From contig CAZEIA010000001.1 of assembly GCA_964512335.1 (NCBI GenBank), forward strand, positions 1-60,645: a stretch of DNA of 60,645 nt. Direction: 5' to 3'. Of this stretch, positions 46,159 to 55,492 are shown in pieces. This stretch comes from an uncultured Desulfobacterales bacterium (lineage in GTDB: Bacteria; Desulfobacterota; DSM-4660; Desulfatiglandales; HGW-15). Within the stretch, counting starts at the first letter, position 1. Each line of letters opens with the position of its first letter. The notes beneath the pieces are model-generated. The model was not told where the DNA came from, did not search any database, and saw nothing but the letters and a program-made list of their open reading frames with translations. The position numbers and the translations under genes were made by a program.

Positions 46159-48324
46159 CTACTCCCTGCCCATCATGGCGTGCAAGGGCGCCGGGGGCTG
46201 TGATTTCATGACTTCTCCCTCGGCGTCGTATTCGCCATCCATGTGATACATCTTTCGCATCCTGAACTCAGCCCGCTTGCCGTCGTTCCATTGCTTGACG
46301 GGCCGTAAATAACCCACCACACGTGAGTATACCTCGGTCTCCAGGCCGCATTGGGGACAGGTCGTGTGTTCGCCGCTCAGGTAACCGTGGGCCGGACACA
46401 CGCTGAAGGTGGGCGTGAGGGTGAAGTATGGAAGACGGAAACGGGTGACGATTTTCTGAAGGAGCCCCTTGATTACCTCCATGTCCGATACCTGCTCTCC
46501 GAGAAAGATGTGGAGCACGGTCCCGCCGGTGTATTTGGCCTGGAGTTCGTCTTGAAGCAGGAGAGTCTCGAAGAGGTCGTCGGTGTAGTTGACGGGAAGT
46601 TGGGTGGAGTTCGTGTAAAAGGGAGGGGCCCCTTTTCGGAACTCCAGCTCATTGGCGCTGTGGATGTCGGGGAACCGCTCCTTGTCAAGCAGGGCTAGGC
46701 GATAGGATGTGCCCTCGGCTGGAGTGGCCTCCAGGTTGTAGATATCCCCGGTCTTTTCCTGAAGCTCCGTGATGCTGTCCCGAATAAAGTCCATGACGCG
46801 AACGGCGAAGTCGCGGCCTTCAGGAACGCCGATGTCCGCTCCCAGAAAGTTCATGCAGGCCTCGTTCATGCCGATGATTCCTATGGTGGAGAAGTGGTTG
46901 GTCCAGTATTGCCCCGTTCCTTCACTGACGTCCCGCAGATAAAAGCTGGAGTAAGGATAGAGGTTCTTCTCCGTGAACGATTCAAGGACCTTCCGCTTGA
47001 TGGACAGGCTGTCGGCTGCAAGGCCGATGAGCCGCCCGAGACGTTCGAAGAAGTCCTTTTCATCCCGGGCGATATAGCCTATACGCGGCAGGTTGAGGGT
47101 AACCACGCCGATGGACCCGGTGAGCGGATTGGCCCCGAAGAGCCCGCCTCCCCGCTTCCTGAGCTTGCGGTTGTCCAGCCGCAGGCGGCAGCACATGGAG
47201 CGTGCGTCCTCCGGCTCCATGTCCGAGTTTACGAAGTTGGAAAAATACGGAATGCCGTACTTTCCGGTCATTTGCCAGATCATGTCCAGGTTCGGGTTGT
47301 CCCAGTCGAAATCCTTTGTGATGTTGTAAGTGGGGATGGGAAAGGTGAACACCCGGCCCCGGGCGTCGCCCTCCATCATGACCTCGGCAAAGGCCCGGTT
47401 GATCAGGTCCATCTCGTGCTGGTAGTCTGAATAGGTCTCATCCATGGGGACGCCGCCGATGATTACCGGGTGGTCCTTCAGGGTGGAAGGTACGTTCAGG
47501 TCCAGGGTGATGTTGGTAAAGGGGGTCTGGAATCCGACCCGGGTCGGGATGTTGATGTTGAACACGAATTCCTGCAGGCACTGCTTGACCTCCCGGTAGC
47601 CGAGCCCGTCATGGCGGACGAACGGGGCCAGCAGCGTGTCGAAGCTGCTCACGGCCTGGGCGCCGGCGGCCTCACCCTGCAGGGTGTAGAAGAAGTTAAC
47701 GAGCTGGCCCAGGGCGGAGCGGAAGTGCCTGGGAGGACCGCTTTCCACCTTGCCTTCCACACCGCGAAAGCCTTGAAGCAGAAGGTCTTTCAAGTCCCAG
47801 CCCACACAGTAAATCGAGAGCAGGCTCAGGTCGTGGATGTGAAAATCGCCGTTTTTGTGAGCCTCGCGCACTTGCGGTGGATAGATCCTGTTGAGCCAGT
47901 ACTCGGAAGTCACATCGGCGGAGATGTAGTTGTTCAGCCCCTGAAGGGAATAGCACATATTGCTGTTTTCATTTATTTTCCAGTCGAGCTTTCGAATATA
48001 GTTCTCCACCAGGTCCACACTGGCCTTCGTGGCGATGGCCCTGATCTGGGCGTGCTGCTCCCGGTAGATGATGTAGGCCTTGGCCGTTTTGTAGAAAGGG
48101 GAGTCGAGGAGAACTCGCTCCACTATGTCCTGCACCTCTTCCACTTCCGGGATGGGATTCAGCCGAAGTTCGTGGGCCAGGGTAAGGACACGCAGGGTGA
48201 GCTTGCGGGCCTCGCGTTCATCGAATTCGCCGGTGGCCTTGCCTGCATGTGCAATGGCCGCCGTGATCTTGGTGGAGTCGAATTCCACCACCCTCCCGTC
48301 GCGCTTTTTGATTTGCTCGAACAT
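46159..48324 (-). CDS. nrdD: anaerobic (class III) ribonucleoside-triphosphate reductase
   Basis: N-terminal ATP-cone (KRDGRVVEFDSTKI), C-terminal Zn ribbon (CPAHG..CPQCG) and glycyl radical motif SRVVGYLRP. Confidence 0.95.
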   Translation of the reverse strand: MFEQIKKRDGRVVEFDSTKITAAIAHAGKATGEFDEREARKLTLRVLTLAHELRLNPIPEVEEVQDIVERVLLDSPFYKTAKAYIIYREQHAQIRAIATKASVDLVENYIRKLDWKINENSNMCYSLQGLNNYISADVTSEYWLNRIYPPQVREAHKNGDFHIHDLSLLSIYCVGWDLKDLLLQGFRGVEGKVESGPPRHFRSALGQLVNFFYTLQGEAAGAQAVSSFDTLLAPFVRHDGLGYREVKQCLQEFVFNINIPTRVGFQTPFTNITLDLNVPSTLKDHPVIIGGVPMDETYSDYQHEMDLINRAFAEVMMEGDARGRVFTFPIPTYNITKDFDWDNPNLDMIWQMTGKYGIPYFSNFVNSDMEPEDARSMCCRLRLDNRKLRKRGGGLFGANPLTGSIGVVTLNLPRIGYIARDEKDFFERLGRLIGLAADSLSIKRKVLESFTEKNLYPYSSFYLRDVSEGTGQYWTNHFSTIGIIGMNEACMNFLGADIGVPEGRDFAVRVMDFIRDSITELQEKTGDIYNLEATPAEGTSYRLALLDKERFPDIHSANELEFRKGAPPFYTNSTQLPVNYTDDLFETLLLQDELQAKYTGGTVLHIFLGEQVSDMEVIKGLLQKIVTRFRLPYFTLTPTFSVCPAHGYLSGEHTTCPQCGLETEVYSRVVGYLRPVKQWNDGKRAEFRMRKMYHMDGEYDAEGEVMKSQPPAPLHAMMGRE

Positions 48325-48483
48325 CGGCGCTCCTCAAGCTAAGGAAAAAGGTCTTCGAAAAAAGAATAAATAAGGCGGAAAATGAAAGGTTAGACTGCGT
48401 ATTATCAAGAAATTCACTGGGATCGAGGCGACAGCGCAGACGATGGTCCCGCCGGGGTCGATCGATCTATTGAGCAGGAGTTT

Positions 48484-48530
48484 ACACCATATGTGGACTT
48501 CGTCAAGAGAAAAAACGCAATATGTGGGTG
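48484..48530 (-). promoter_or_regulatory. putative tandem NrdR boxes upstream of nrdDG
   Basis: ACACCATATGTGGA (48484-48497) and ACGCAATATGTGGG (48515-48528) both fit the acaCwAtATaTwGtgt pattern partially. Equivalent positions are 31 bp apart, about three helical turns. Confidence 0.45.
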
Positions 48531-48599
48531 AAATAAAATTTTCCCGGCATGGTAAAGGTTTGTCGGCCCGGGTTGCATCGGGCTATAAAAACCGGAAGA

Positions 48600-48752
48600 T
48601 CAGCTCAGGGAAAAGGGGGTGTCGGCCAACAGCAGGACCGATGCGTTTTTTCGGATCCACTGATTGTAGCAACGTGACAGGCTGGGATCCATCATGGTCC
48701 AGGTCTCGTTGAGATACTTGAGTTCTTCGATTACGCGCCAGTAAAGATGCAT
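48600..48752 (-). CDS. possible small hypothetical protein (50 aa)
   Basis: ATG at 48752 follows GAAAGGAA. No homology recognised. Confidence 0.2.
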   Translation of the reverse strand: MHLYWRVIEELKYLNETWTMMDPSLSRCYNQWIRKNASVLLLADTPFSLS

Positions 48753-49034
48753 TGCATATTCCTTTCGGTTCGGAGCCCGGTTACATGTTGGACGGAGTAT
48801 ATGGAGGGTGCGGGACCGTGTCAAGGCGGGAATGGCCGGTCAATGATTTCAGCCGACAATGGCGAGCTGAAACGGCCGCCTGATGTCTTTTCAGCGGGAA
48901 AGCACCTCTGACAAGGATCACCGGGGCGAAGAACAGGTGCCTGATGCATCAGCCGGGATTTTCAAAACAGAATTTTCATCCATGGGGCGGCGGATTTATC
49001 GGCCATGGGCATCTGTTAAGGGAGTTCCAGGCCC

Positions 49035-49064
49035 TTGACTTTTTTCCTCCCTTGGGTGTACAAA
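49035..49064 (+). promoter_or_regulatory. candidate sigma70 promoter of the riboswitch-led btu operon
   Basis: TTGACT at 49035-49040, an 18-nt spacer, then TACAAA at 49059-49064, just upstream of the riboswitch. Confidence 0.35.
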
Positions 49065-49077
49065 AAATTTATAAGCG

Positions 49078-49290
49078 TTTCAGGTGCCCCTTGCGGGGCA
49101 GAAGAGGGAACCCCGTGAAAATCGGGGACGGGCCCGCCGCTGTGTACCCTGCCCTTTCGCCTAGTTCAAGCGGAGGGGAGCCCTTTCAGCCGTTGTGCGC
49201 CACTGTCGGAACCTCAGTATTCACTGAGCGCCTGATGGGAAGGCCGCTGAAGGGGTGGGGGAGTCAGAAGACCTGCCTGGAACACCAAGG
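49078..49290 (+). promoter_or_regulatory. cobalamin (B12) riboswitch
   Basis: Conserved core GAAGAGGGAACCCCGTGAAAATCGGGGACGGGCCCGCCGCTGTG. Also GCCACTG..TGGGAAGGC and the B12 box GAGTCAGAAGACCTGCC (49261-49277). Confidence 0.85.
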
Positions 49291-49351
49291 GATCGCCTTC
49301 GCGGACAGGGCGCGATTCCCCTAAGATCGTTCGAGGGTGAAAACGGGACAT

Positions 49352-49385
49352 CCCCGGATCGACAAGTCGATCCGGGGATTTTTTT
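49352..49385 (+). terminator. intrinsic terminator, expression platform of the B12 riboswitch
   Basis: Perfect stem CCCCGGATCGAC/GTCGATCCGGGG followed by ATTTTTTT, about 55 nt upstream of the btuB start. Confidence 0.8.
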
Positions 49386-49441
49386 GTGCCTGCCGCTGAA
49401 TGCGAGGACCCGCAAAAACCAATGCGCTCGAAAGGAGAAGA

Positions 49442-51412
49442 ATGATGAAAACGACGGTAATTGCATTCGTAGCGGCCCTCGCCTGGGCCGGGACCGCCTG
49501 GGCCGGGGAAAACGCCCATACGCTTGATGAAGTGGTGGTTACATCAGGCAGGGTTAGCGAATCGAAAAAGGAAGTCACGTCCCATGTGACCGTCCTCGAT
49601 GAGAAGGCGATCAAAAGCTCCTCTGCCGGCACACTGAATGAGTTGCTCGCAGAGCAGGCACTTGGGCACATTCATGGTTATCCGGGTGCGCTCAGCTCCA
49701 TAGGCATAAGGGGATTTCGAACAGAGACTCATGGAAACGACCTCCTTGGCCATGTCCTGATCCTGCTTGACGGGCGCAGGATAGGTACCGGTAACGCGGC
49801 CCGGATCCCCACTCGCAATATAGAACGGGTCGAGATAGTTCGAGGGCCCGCAGCCGTCCAATACGGCTCAGCCGCCATGGGCGGCGTGGTGAACGTGATC
49901 ACCAGGCGTGGGCAAGGAAAGCCCGGTCTTGTGCTGGAAGCCATTTACGGAAGTAACTCCTATAAAGAAGGGGCCGTAGCACTATCCGGAGAGGCCAGGG
50001 GGCTGGACGCCGCTGTGAGCGTCTCGGGTCGCTCCGCAGGCGACTACAAGACGGGCGACGGCCGTCGTTACATGAACACCGGATATGACCGGCAGGATGC
50101 CCTGAGCCTGAACCTGGGCTACACACCGGCGCCAGGTCACCGCATCGGTCTCGTCCACGTGCACTCCGAGACGGACAAGGCCGGAAGCCCTTCATATTTC
50201 TCTCAGAACGACCTTGACGATTACACGGACAGCATCAACCGGTCCACAGACCTGTCCTACGAGGGCGGGGCGCTGAATGATATCCTGAACTGGAAGGTGC
50301 GCTGGTTCGAGGGGCGCGATCGAACCACATGGGTGGAGCCGGGGGAGAGCAACCCGGACGGTTGGGACGACGGGATACCTTCGCAGCGGGACACGAAGTT
50401 CCGCGGGGCCCAGGCCCAGCTTTCGCTGGACCGGGATCTCTACATGGTGACGGCGGGTTTCGACTGGGTCGACTACAAAATCGACAACACATGGCTACCC
50501 CGCAGGACCCGCTATGAAAACCCTTCAGGGTTTCTTCTGGGAAAGGTACGCCTCCTTGACCAGCGTCTGATCCTGAGCGGAGGGCTTCGCTATGACGACT
50601 ACAAGGTGGAGGTGGTGGATCCGGCGGGCAGAACGGAGACGGACGAACGGGTGACCCCGCGATTCGGGGCCGCGTTTATGCTGGCGGAAGGGCTCAAGCT
50701 GCGCGCGAACTATGGGGAAGCCTTTGTCATGCCCGGAGCGGATCAACTGGCCGCGGACTACGTGGCCTTCGGCAGGCGGCAGCTTGGGAACCCCGAACTG
50801 AAACCGGAGACCAGCCGCACCCTTGACGGCGGTATCGACTATGTTCGAGGTGCCGTGGAGGCATCGTTGACTTACTTTAGGACTGAATACAAGGACAAGA
50901 TTCAGGCGACGACAACGGCCGGGGGCGACAGCACATGGGCTAACCTGGGAGAGGCCTCGGTGGAAGGCCTGGAGGCCGAGTTCAGCTACGACGTTGGTGC
51001 GTTATTCAACTGGTCCTGGGAGGTGCGGCCCGAGATTCAGGCGGCATACCTGACAAAGTACAAGGACGATGTCACCGGAGAAGACCTTTTGTATGTGTCC
51101 GATATCAATGTGTCCATAGGACTGATCGTGGCTTATCAGGATGATTTCCGGGCACGGATTCAGGCGTCCTATTGGGGGCCTCAACGGGTGGAAGACCGGG
51201 AGAGCGGGCAATTTCCGGTTCCCGTGGTTGATAAGGCGGGGTTCACAGTGATGAACCTGGCCGCTGGAAAGACACTGTTGAAGACGGAAAGAGCAGGAAC
51301 GGTGAGTGCGCGCATCGAGGTGAAAAACCTGCTTGACCATTCGTACGATCATGTAAAGGGCTACCCCATGCCTGGAAGGCGCATTTTCGGGGGGCTGGAG
51401 TGGCGGTTTTAA
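49442..51412 (+). CDS. btuB: TonB-dependent outer-membrane receptor, BtuB-like
   Basis: Signal peptide MMKTTVIAFVAALAWAGTAWA, TonB box/plug DEVVVTSGR, and a C-terminal beta-barrel ending GGLEWRF. It is placed behind a B12 riboswitch. Confidence 0.85.
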   Translation: MMKTTVIAFVAALAWAGTAWAGENAHTLDEVVVTSGRVSESKKEVTSHVTVLDEKAIKSSSAGTLNELLAEQALGHIHGYPGALSSIGIRGFRTETHGNDLLGHVLILLDGRRIGTGNAARIPTRNIERVEIVRGPAAVQYGSAAMGGVVNVITRRGQGKPGLVLEAIYGSNSYKEGAVALSGEARGLDAAVSVSGRSAGDYKTGDGRRYMNTGYDRQDALSLNLGYTPAPGHRIGLVHVHSETDKAGSPSYFSQNDLDDYTDSINRSTDLSYEGGALNDILNWKVRWFEGRDRTTWVEPGESNPDGWDDGIPSQRDTKFRGAQAQLSLDRDLYMVTAGFDWVDYKIDNTWLPRRTRYENPSGFLLGKVRLLDQRLILSGGLRYDDYKVEVVDPAGRTETDERVTPRFGAAFMLAEGLKLRANYGEAFVMPGADQLAADYVAFGRRQLGNPELKPETSRTLDGGIDYVRGAVEASLTYFRTEYKDKIQATTTAGGDSTWANLGEASVEGLEAEFSYDVGALFNWSWEVRPEIQAAYLTKYKDDVTGEDLLYVSDINVSIGLIVAYQDDFRARIQASYWGPQRVEDRESGQFPVPVVDKAGFTVMNLAAGKTLLKTERAGTVSARIEVKNLLDHSYDHVKGYPMPGRRIFGGLEWRF

Positions 51413-51547
51413 AGGGCTACAACCCTTCGGTTCCCCGATGTATCTCCGATGGCCCGGGATTTAATTGCACCTGTGGTAAGCCGAGCGATAGGATATCGAG
51501 TGCCGAAAGCGGCGTCTGTCATTGGTTGGTTGAAAACGGAGGGGAAC

Positions 51548-52339
51548 ATGAAAGAGAGCATTCCCATGGTGATTACAGCCTTCGGGACCACTACAAAGGC
51601 CTTGAAGACCTATGATCGCGTGGATGCGTTTGTCCGGAAACGGTTTCCGGGACACGAGATCCGTTGGGCCTACACATCGCGCATGGTCAAGGACCGTGTA
51701 AAGCGGAGCCGTAACCTGGACTTTCCCGATCCGGGCGAAGTGCTTTCGTCCCTGCACGACGAGGGGCACATCTGGGCGGTGGTCCAGTCCCTGCACGTCC
51801 TGTGCGGGCACGAGTTCGACCGGCTTGTGGAGGTCGCAACGGCAGGCCCTGTTCGTGCGGCCATGGGTCTTCCTCTGCTCTCGGCGCCGGAGGATTTCGA
51901 CGAGGTTGTAGCTGTCATGGCCCCTGAAATCCGGCCGGGTGCGGATGAGGCGGTGGTCCTGGTAGGTCACGGCACGGACCACCCCATATGGTGCGCCTAT
52001 GATGCGCTCGAACAACGGTTGCAACGGGCGGTGGGACCTCAGGCACACGTGGGCCTGGTTGAAGGCTTGCCCGGACCTGTCGAGATCCTTGATCGGGTGC
52101 AGGCGGCCGGATGCTCCCGGGTACGTCTCGTCCCGTTCATGCTGGTGGCCGGGAGGCACGTGCTCGAGGACCTGGCCGGACCGGAGGACTCATGGAAGGC
52201 CGCATTCGAGGTCCGTGGTATTGAGGTCTCCCTGGACGAGCAAGGACTGGGAGGCCGGGAGGGGATCATCGAGATCTTTTGCCGTCACATAGCCCAGGCC
52301 CTTGACGTGATTCCTGTGGATTGGAAGGTGAACCGGTGA
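51548..52339 (+). CDS. cbiK: CbiK-type sirohydrochlorin cobaltochelatase-like protein
   Basis: Aligns by eye along its length with CbiK (VITAFGTT, QSLHVLCGHEF, LVGHGTDH, PFMLVAGRHVLEDLAG..DSWK). No signal peptide is seen. Confidence 0.8.
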   Translation: MKESIPMVITAFGTTTKALKTYDRVDAFVRKRFPGHEIRWAYTSRMVKDRVKRSRNLDFPDPGEVLSSLHDEGHIWAVVQSLHVLCGHEFDRLVEVATAGPVRAAMGLPLLSAPEDFDEVVAVMAPEIRPGADEAVVLVGHGTDHPIWCAYDALEQRLQRAVGPQAHVGLVEGLPGPVEILDRVQAAGCSRVRLVPFMLVAGRHVLEDLAGPEDSWKAAFEVRGIEVSLDEQGLGGREGIIEIFCRHIAQALDVIPVDWKVNR

Positions 52340-53232
52340 ACCAGATACGCTCGGTGTGTGAGGTCATTCTGGTTTTGGCCTTTCTCGTCTTTTCCGGGCC
52401 TGCGGCTGCGGGCGTTTTTGTGGATGAGGCGGGACGAAAGGTCAAGGTCCCGAAGGAACCTAGGCGTATTGTCTCTCTGGCCCCGAGCGTCACTGAGATC
52501 CTGTTCGCCTTGGGCCTTGAAGAGCGGGTGATCGGGGTCACTGAGTTCAGCAACTATCCGCCCGAGGCTGCGGGCAAACCCAAGGTGGGGAGCTTTGTTC
52601 GTCTGAACGCGGAGCGCATCCTCGATCTGGAACCTGATATGGCTGTGGGCACCGTGGACGGAAACCGTATTGATCTTGTCCGGCTTCTCGAGGACGCGGG
52701 CGTGGCGGTCTACGCCGTGAACCCGCAAAGCGTGGAAGGCATGATCCGCACCGTGGCCGGGCTTGGGGCCGCCTGCGGCGTTGAGGAGCGGGGAGAAGCC
52801 ATGGCCCGGGACCTTCGAGCACGGCTCGCCCGCGTTGCCGAGCGGACCAGGGCATCAGAGCGGCCCCGGGTCTTTCTGCAGATAAACACTCACCCGATCA
52901 TGAGCGTAAACAGGGATACCATTCACCATGATGTAATCCGCCTGGCCGGGGGCGAGAACCTCACGGCGGATCATGCGGTTACATACCCCCGGGTCAGCCT
53001 GGAAGAGGTGTTGAGCAAAGCACCCGATGTGATTTTGATTTCCTCCATGGAGCGCGGAGGGGCTTTTGAGGAGGCACGTCAGGCCTGGTTTCAGTGGAAT
53101 ACCATCCCGGCCGTCAGGACCGGGCGGGTTTACCTGATCGACTCGGACCTTATAGACCGGCCTTCGCCGCGGGTGATCGAAGGCCTCGAGGCCATGGCCG
53201 ATCTCCTGCATCCGGAGGATGGTCGGCCATGA
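52336..53232 (+). CDS. btuF: periplasmic cobalamin/siderophore-type binding protein, BtuF-like
   Basis: RIVSLAPSVTEILFALGLEERVIGVTEFSNYP. GTG at 52336 overlaps the cbiK stop (GTGA) after a GGAAGG; the track start at 52321 is an alternative. Confidence 0.8.
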   Translation: MNQIRSVCEVILVLAFLVFSGPAAAGVFVDEAGRKVKVPKEPRRIVSLAPSVTEILFALGLEERVIGVTEFSNYPPEAAGKPKVGSFVRLNAERILDLEPDMAVGTVDGNRIDLVRLLEDAGVAVYAVNPQSVEGMIRTVAGLGAACGVEERGEAMARDLRARLARVAERTRASERPRVFLQINTHPIMSVNRDTIHHDVIRLAGGENLTADHAVTYPRVSLEEVLSKAPDVILISSMERGGAFEEARQAWFQWNTIPAVRTGRVYLIDSDLIDRPSPRVIEGLEAMADLLHPEDGRP

Positions 53233-53239
53233 GCTGTGA

Positions 53240-53459
53240 GCGGCCCTTCGGGCCGCGGCTGTTAAGCTGTTGAGGTGTTGAGGGGAAACCAAAAACCAAG
53301 CCACGAACCACGAGTCATGGTCCTTTCCGCGAATCACGAACCACGGACCACGAACCACGAGCCACGAACACGATCTTTTCACCGGCACGGGCACAGACAC
53401 GGGTCGCAGCTATGAAGCTGTAAGCTGTTGAGCTGTTAAGGGAAACACCAAAACCCTGG
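53240..53459. repeat. mosaic intergenic element A: GC hairpin, AGCTGTT-type repeats, CACGAAC heptamer array, 54-bp IR-L
   Basis: Hairpin GCGGCC-CTTCG-GGCCGC at 53240-53256. The CACGRRC heptamer array runs about 53301-53373. IR-L is at 53406-53459, and a degenerate direct copy of its 3' part lies at about 53259-53298. Confidence 0.85.
53406..53459. repeat. IR-L: 54-bp arm of a perfect inverted repeat
   Basis: GCAGCTATGAAGCTGTAAGCTGTTGAGCTGTTAAGGGAAACACCAAAACCCTGG is the exact reverse complement of 55393-55446. It ends 5 nt before the btuC ATG. Confidence 0.95.
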
Positions 53460-53464
53460 AAAGA

Positions 53465-54508
53465 ATGGAACAGATTAAAGTGAGAGAAAAAGTGCGTATA
53501 GTCACGCCGGGCAGGGTGATCGCGGTGACCGCGGCTATGTGCGTACTCCTGGGAGTCGTCATGTCCGTGGCCATGGTCCTGGGCACAGCGGACCTTTCCG
53601 CCGCCGAGATCTTGGGCCGTCTGGTGAATCCGTCCGGAGAAGTCGATTCAGCGGGGCTCATCCTGTTTCGCATCCGGCTGCCGCGGATACTTCTCGCCGC
53701 TGTTGTAGGGTTCGCCCTGTCACTGGGGGGCGTGGTTTTTCAGGCCATACTTCGGAACCCCCTGGCCGACCCCTTCATTCTCGGGGTATCGAGCGGAGCG
53801 GCTCTCGGAGCGATGGTCGGAATTATTCTCGGGCTTGGCTTCAGCCTGGGGATTCCGGTGACGGCCTTCATGGGAACCCTTCTTACTCTAGGGCTCCTCA
53901 TGGTCCTGGGCCGCCGCCGCATGGGCACGGAGTCGGCTACGATCCTGCTTACCGGTGTGATCATCAATGCGTTCTTTACCGCCTTGATCATGTTTTTCAT
54001 AACTACCACCACTGACAGCCGCCTGCACAGCATGCTTTTCTGGCTCTATGGCGATCTAGGTCAGACCCGGTACTCCCATCTGGCCGTTTGCGTGCCCGTC
54101 GTTGTCACGGGTGGCGCGATCCTTTTCGCTTTTTCCAGGAGCCTGAACCTGCTCACGGCCGGAGAGGAAACGGCCCGCCAGCTCGGCGTTAGCGTGGAGC
54201 GAACCAAAATAGCCTGTCTGGTTACGGTCTCCATGATGGTGGGCCTCGTGGTCTCTTTTTCCGGACTCATAGGTTTTGTGGGGCTCATTGTCCCGCACCT
54301 GGCCCGTATGACTTTCGGGGCGGACCATCGGGTTCTTATCCCGGCGGCTGCAATGGGCGGGGCAGTGTTTCTGGTGGCTGCGGACACCCTCGCCCGGACC
54401 GTGATCTCTCCCAGCGAGCTTCCGGTGGGCGTGATCACCGCCTTTCTGGGCGCCCCGTTTTTCCTCTACCTGCTCAAGACGAGAGGAAGCAGATGGACAC
54501 GATCCTGA
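53465..54508 (+). CDS. btuC: FecCD-family ABC permease, BtuC-like
   Basis: 347-aa polytopic protein with the FecCD/BtuC pattern (RLPRILLAAVVG, GLIGFVGLIVPH). Confidence 0.9.
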   Translation: MEQIKVREKVRIVTPGRVIAVTAAMCVLLGVVMSVAMVLGTADLSAAEILGRLVNPSGEVDSAGLILFRIRLPRILLAAVVGFALSLGGVVFQAILRNPLADPFILGVSSGAALGAMVGIILGLGFSLGIPVTAFMGTLLTLGLLMVLGRRRMGTESATILLTGVIINAFFTALIMFFITTTTDSRLHSMLFWLYGDLGQTRYSHLAVCVPVVVTGGAILFAFSRSLNLLTAGEETARQLGVSVERTKIACLVTVSMMVGLVVSFSGLIGFVGLIVPHLARMTFGADHRVLIPAAAMGGAVFLVAADTLARTVISPSELPVGVITAFLGAPFFLYLLKTRGSRWTRS

Positions 54509-55272
54509 GCGTGGAGAAGGCCGGATACCGTTATGGGGACGCGTGGGCACTGAGGGACGTAAGCTTGAGGGCTGAGGCCGGAGAGCTTCTAGGCGTGCTG
54601 GGCCCCAACGGGTCCGGCAAGAGTACGCTTCTTCGAATCATGGATGGGCTTATAGGCCCCCACGAGGGCAGTGTTCGACTTAAGGGGCGCATTCTTCGAG
54701 AACTCTCCCGCTTCGAGCTGGCCCGTTGCGTGGCCATGGTGTCTCAGGAGACCCACTTTCAGTTCTCATTTTCAGTAATGGAGGTGGTCTTGATGGGGCG
54801 CTTTCCCCATATGAGGCGTCTCCAATTCGAGGGGGAGAGAGATCGGGCTGCGGCCCTGAAGTCGCTTCAGGCCACGAACACCCAGGATCTTGCGGGTCGG
54901 GACATCCATGCGTTGTCCGGAGGAGAAAGGCAGCGGGTCCTTATCGCCCGGGCCCTGGCCCAGGAGCCTTGCGTGCTGCTTTTGGACGAACCCACGTCAT
55001 TCCTGGATCTGAGGCACAAGAGGGAGATCTTTCGGTTGGTCCGATCCCTGGCCCGGGACGCCGGACTGGGCGTGGTGGTGGTCTCCCATGATATCGACCT
55101 GGCGGCGCAGTATTGCGATCGCCTGCTGGTTCTGAAGGAAGGCCGGGTGGTCGTAATGGGGGCGCCCGGAGACGTGCTCACGGTTGAGACTATCGGGACC
55201 GTGTTCGAGTGCCCCGTGCGCGTGGACGCTCACCCTGACACCGGCAGACCCAGGGTGACGATGTTGCCGTGA
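54493..55272 (+). CDS. btuD: ABC ATP-binding protein, BtuD/FepC-like
   Basis: Walker A GPNGSGKST, signature LSGGERQRV, Walker B LLLDEPTS. It overlaps the btuC end. Confidence 0.9.
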   Translation: MDTILSVEKAGYRYGDAWALRDVSLRAEAGELLGVLGPNGSGKSTLLRIMDGLIGPHEGSVRLKGRILRELSRFELARCVAMVSQETHFQFSFSVMEVVLMGRFPHMRRLQFEGERDRAAALKSLQATNTQDLAGRDIHALSGGERQRVLIARALAQEPCVLLLDEPTSFLDLRHKREIFRLVRSLARDAGLGVVVVSHDIDLAAQYCDRLLVLKEGRVVVMGAPGDVLTVETIGTVFECPVRVDAHPDTGRPRVTMLP

Positions 55273-55470
55273 GGGCCGCTTCGCGGCCCGGTGTCAGTGT
55301 CTGTGCCGGTGGAACGGGCCGTGTTCGTGGCCCATGGCTCGTGGAAAAAGGCCGTGGTCCGTGGTTCGTGGCTCGTGAAAAAACCTGTTTTCCCAGGGTT
55401 TTGGTGTTTCCCTTAACAGCTCAACAGCTTACAGCTTCATAGCTGCAACTTGTGTCGGTGTCTGTACCAG
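55273..55470. repeat. mosaic intergenic element B: GC hairpin, GTGTCNG repeats, GTTCGTG heptamer array, 54-bp IR-R
   Basis: Hairpin GGGCCG-CTTCG-CGGCCC at 55273-55289. The heptamer array, complementary to that of element A, runs about 55321-55377. IR-R is at 55393-55446. Confidence 0.85.
55393..55446. repeat. IR-R: 54-bp arm of a perfect inverted repeat
   Basis: Exact reverse complement of 53406-53459, about 47 nt upstream of exbB. Confidence 0.95.
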
Positions 55471-55492
55471 TTAGAAAGGATTCTATTAGACT

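Noticed and set aside
53301-53373. The CACGAAC repeat arrays (also 55321-55377) looked superficially like a CRISPR array or minisatellite.
   Set aside because: The units are only 7 nt, contiguous and degenerate, with no spacers. No cas genes are present in the window.
53406-55446. Composite transposon or classical inverton interpretation of the IR-flanked btuCD segment.
   Set aside because: There is no transposase, integrase or invertase gene in or near the segment, and no target-site duplication is evident. The cargo is an integral part of the operon. It is kept as a structural finding only.
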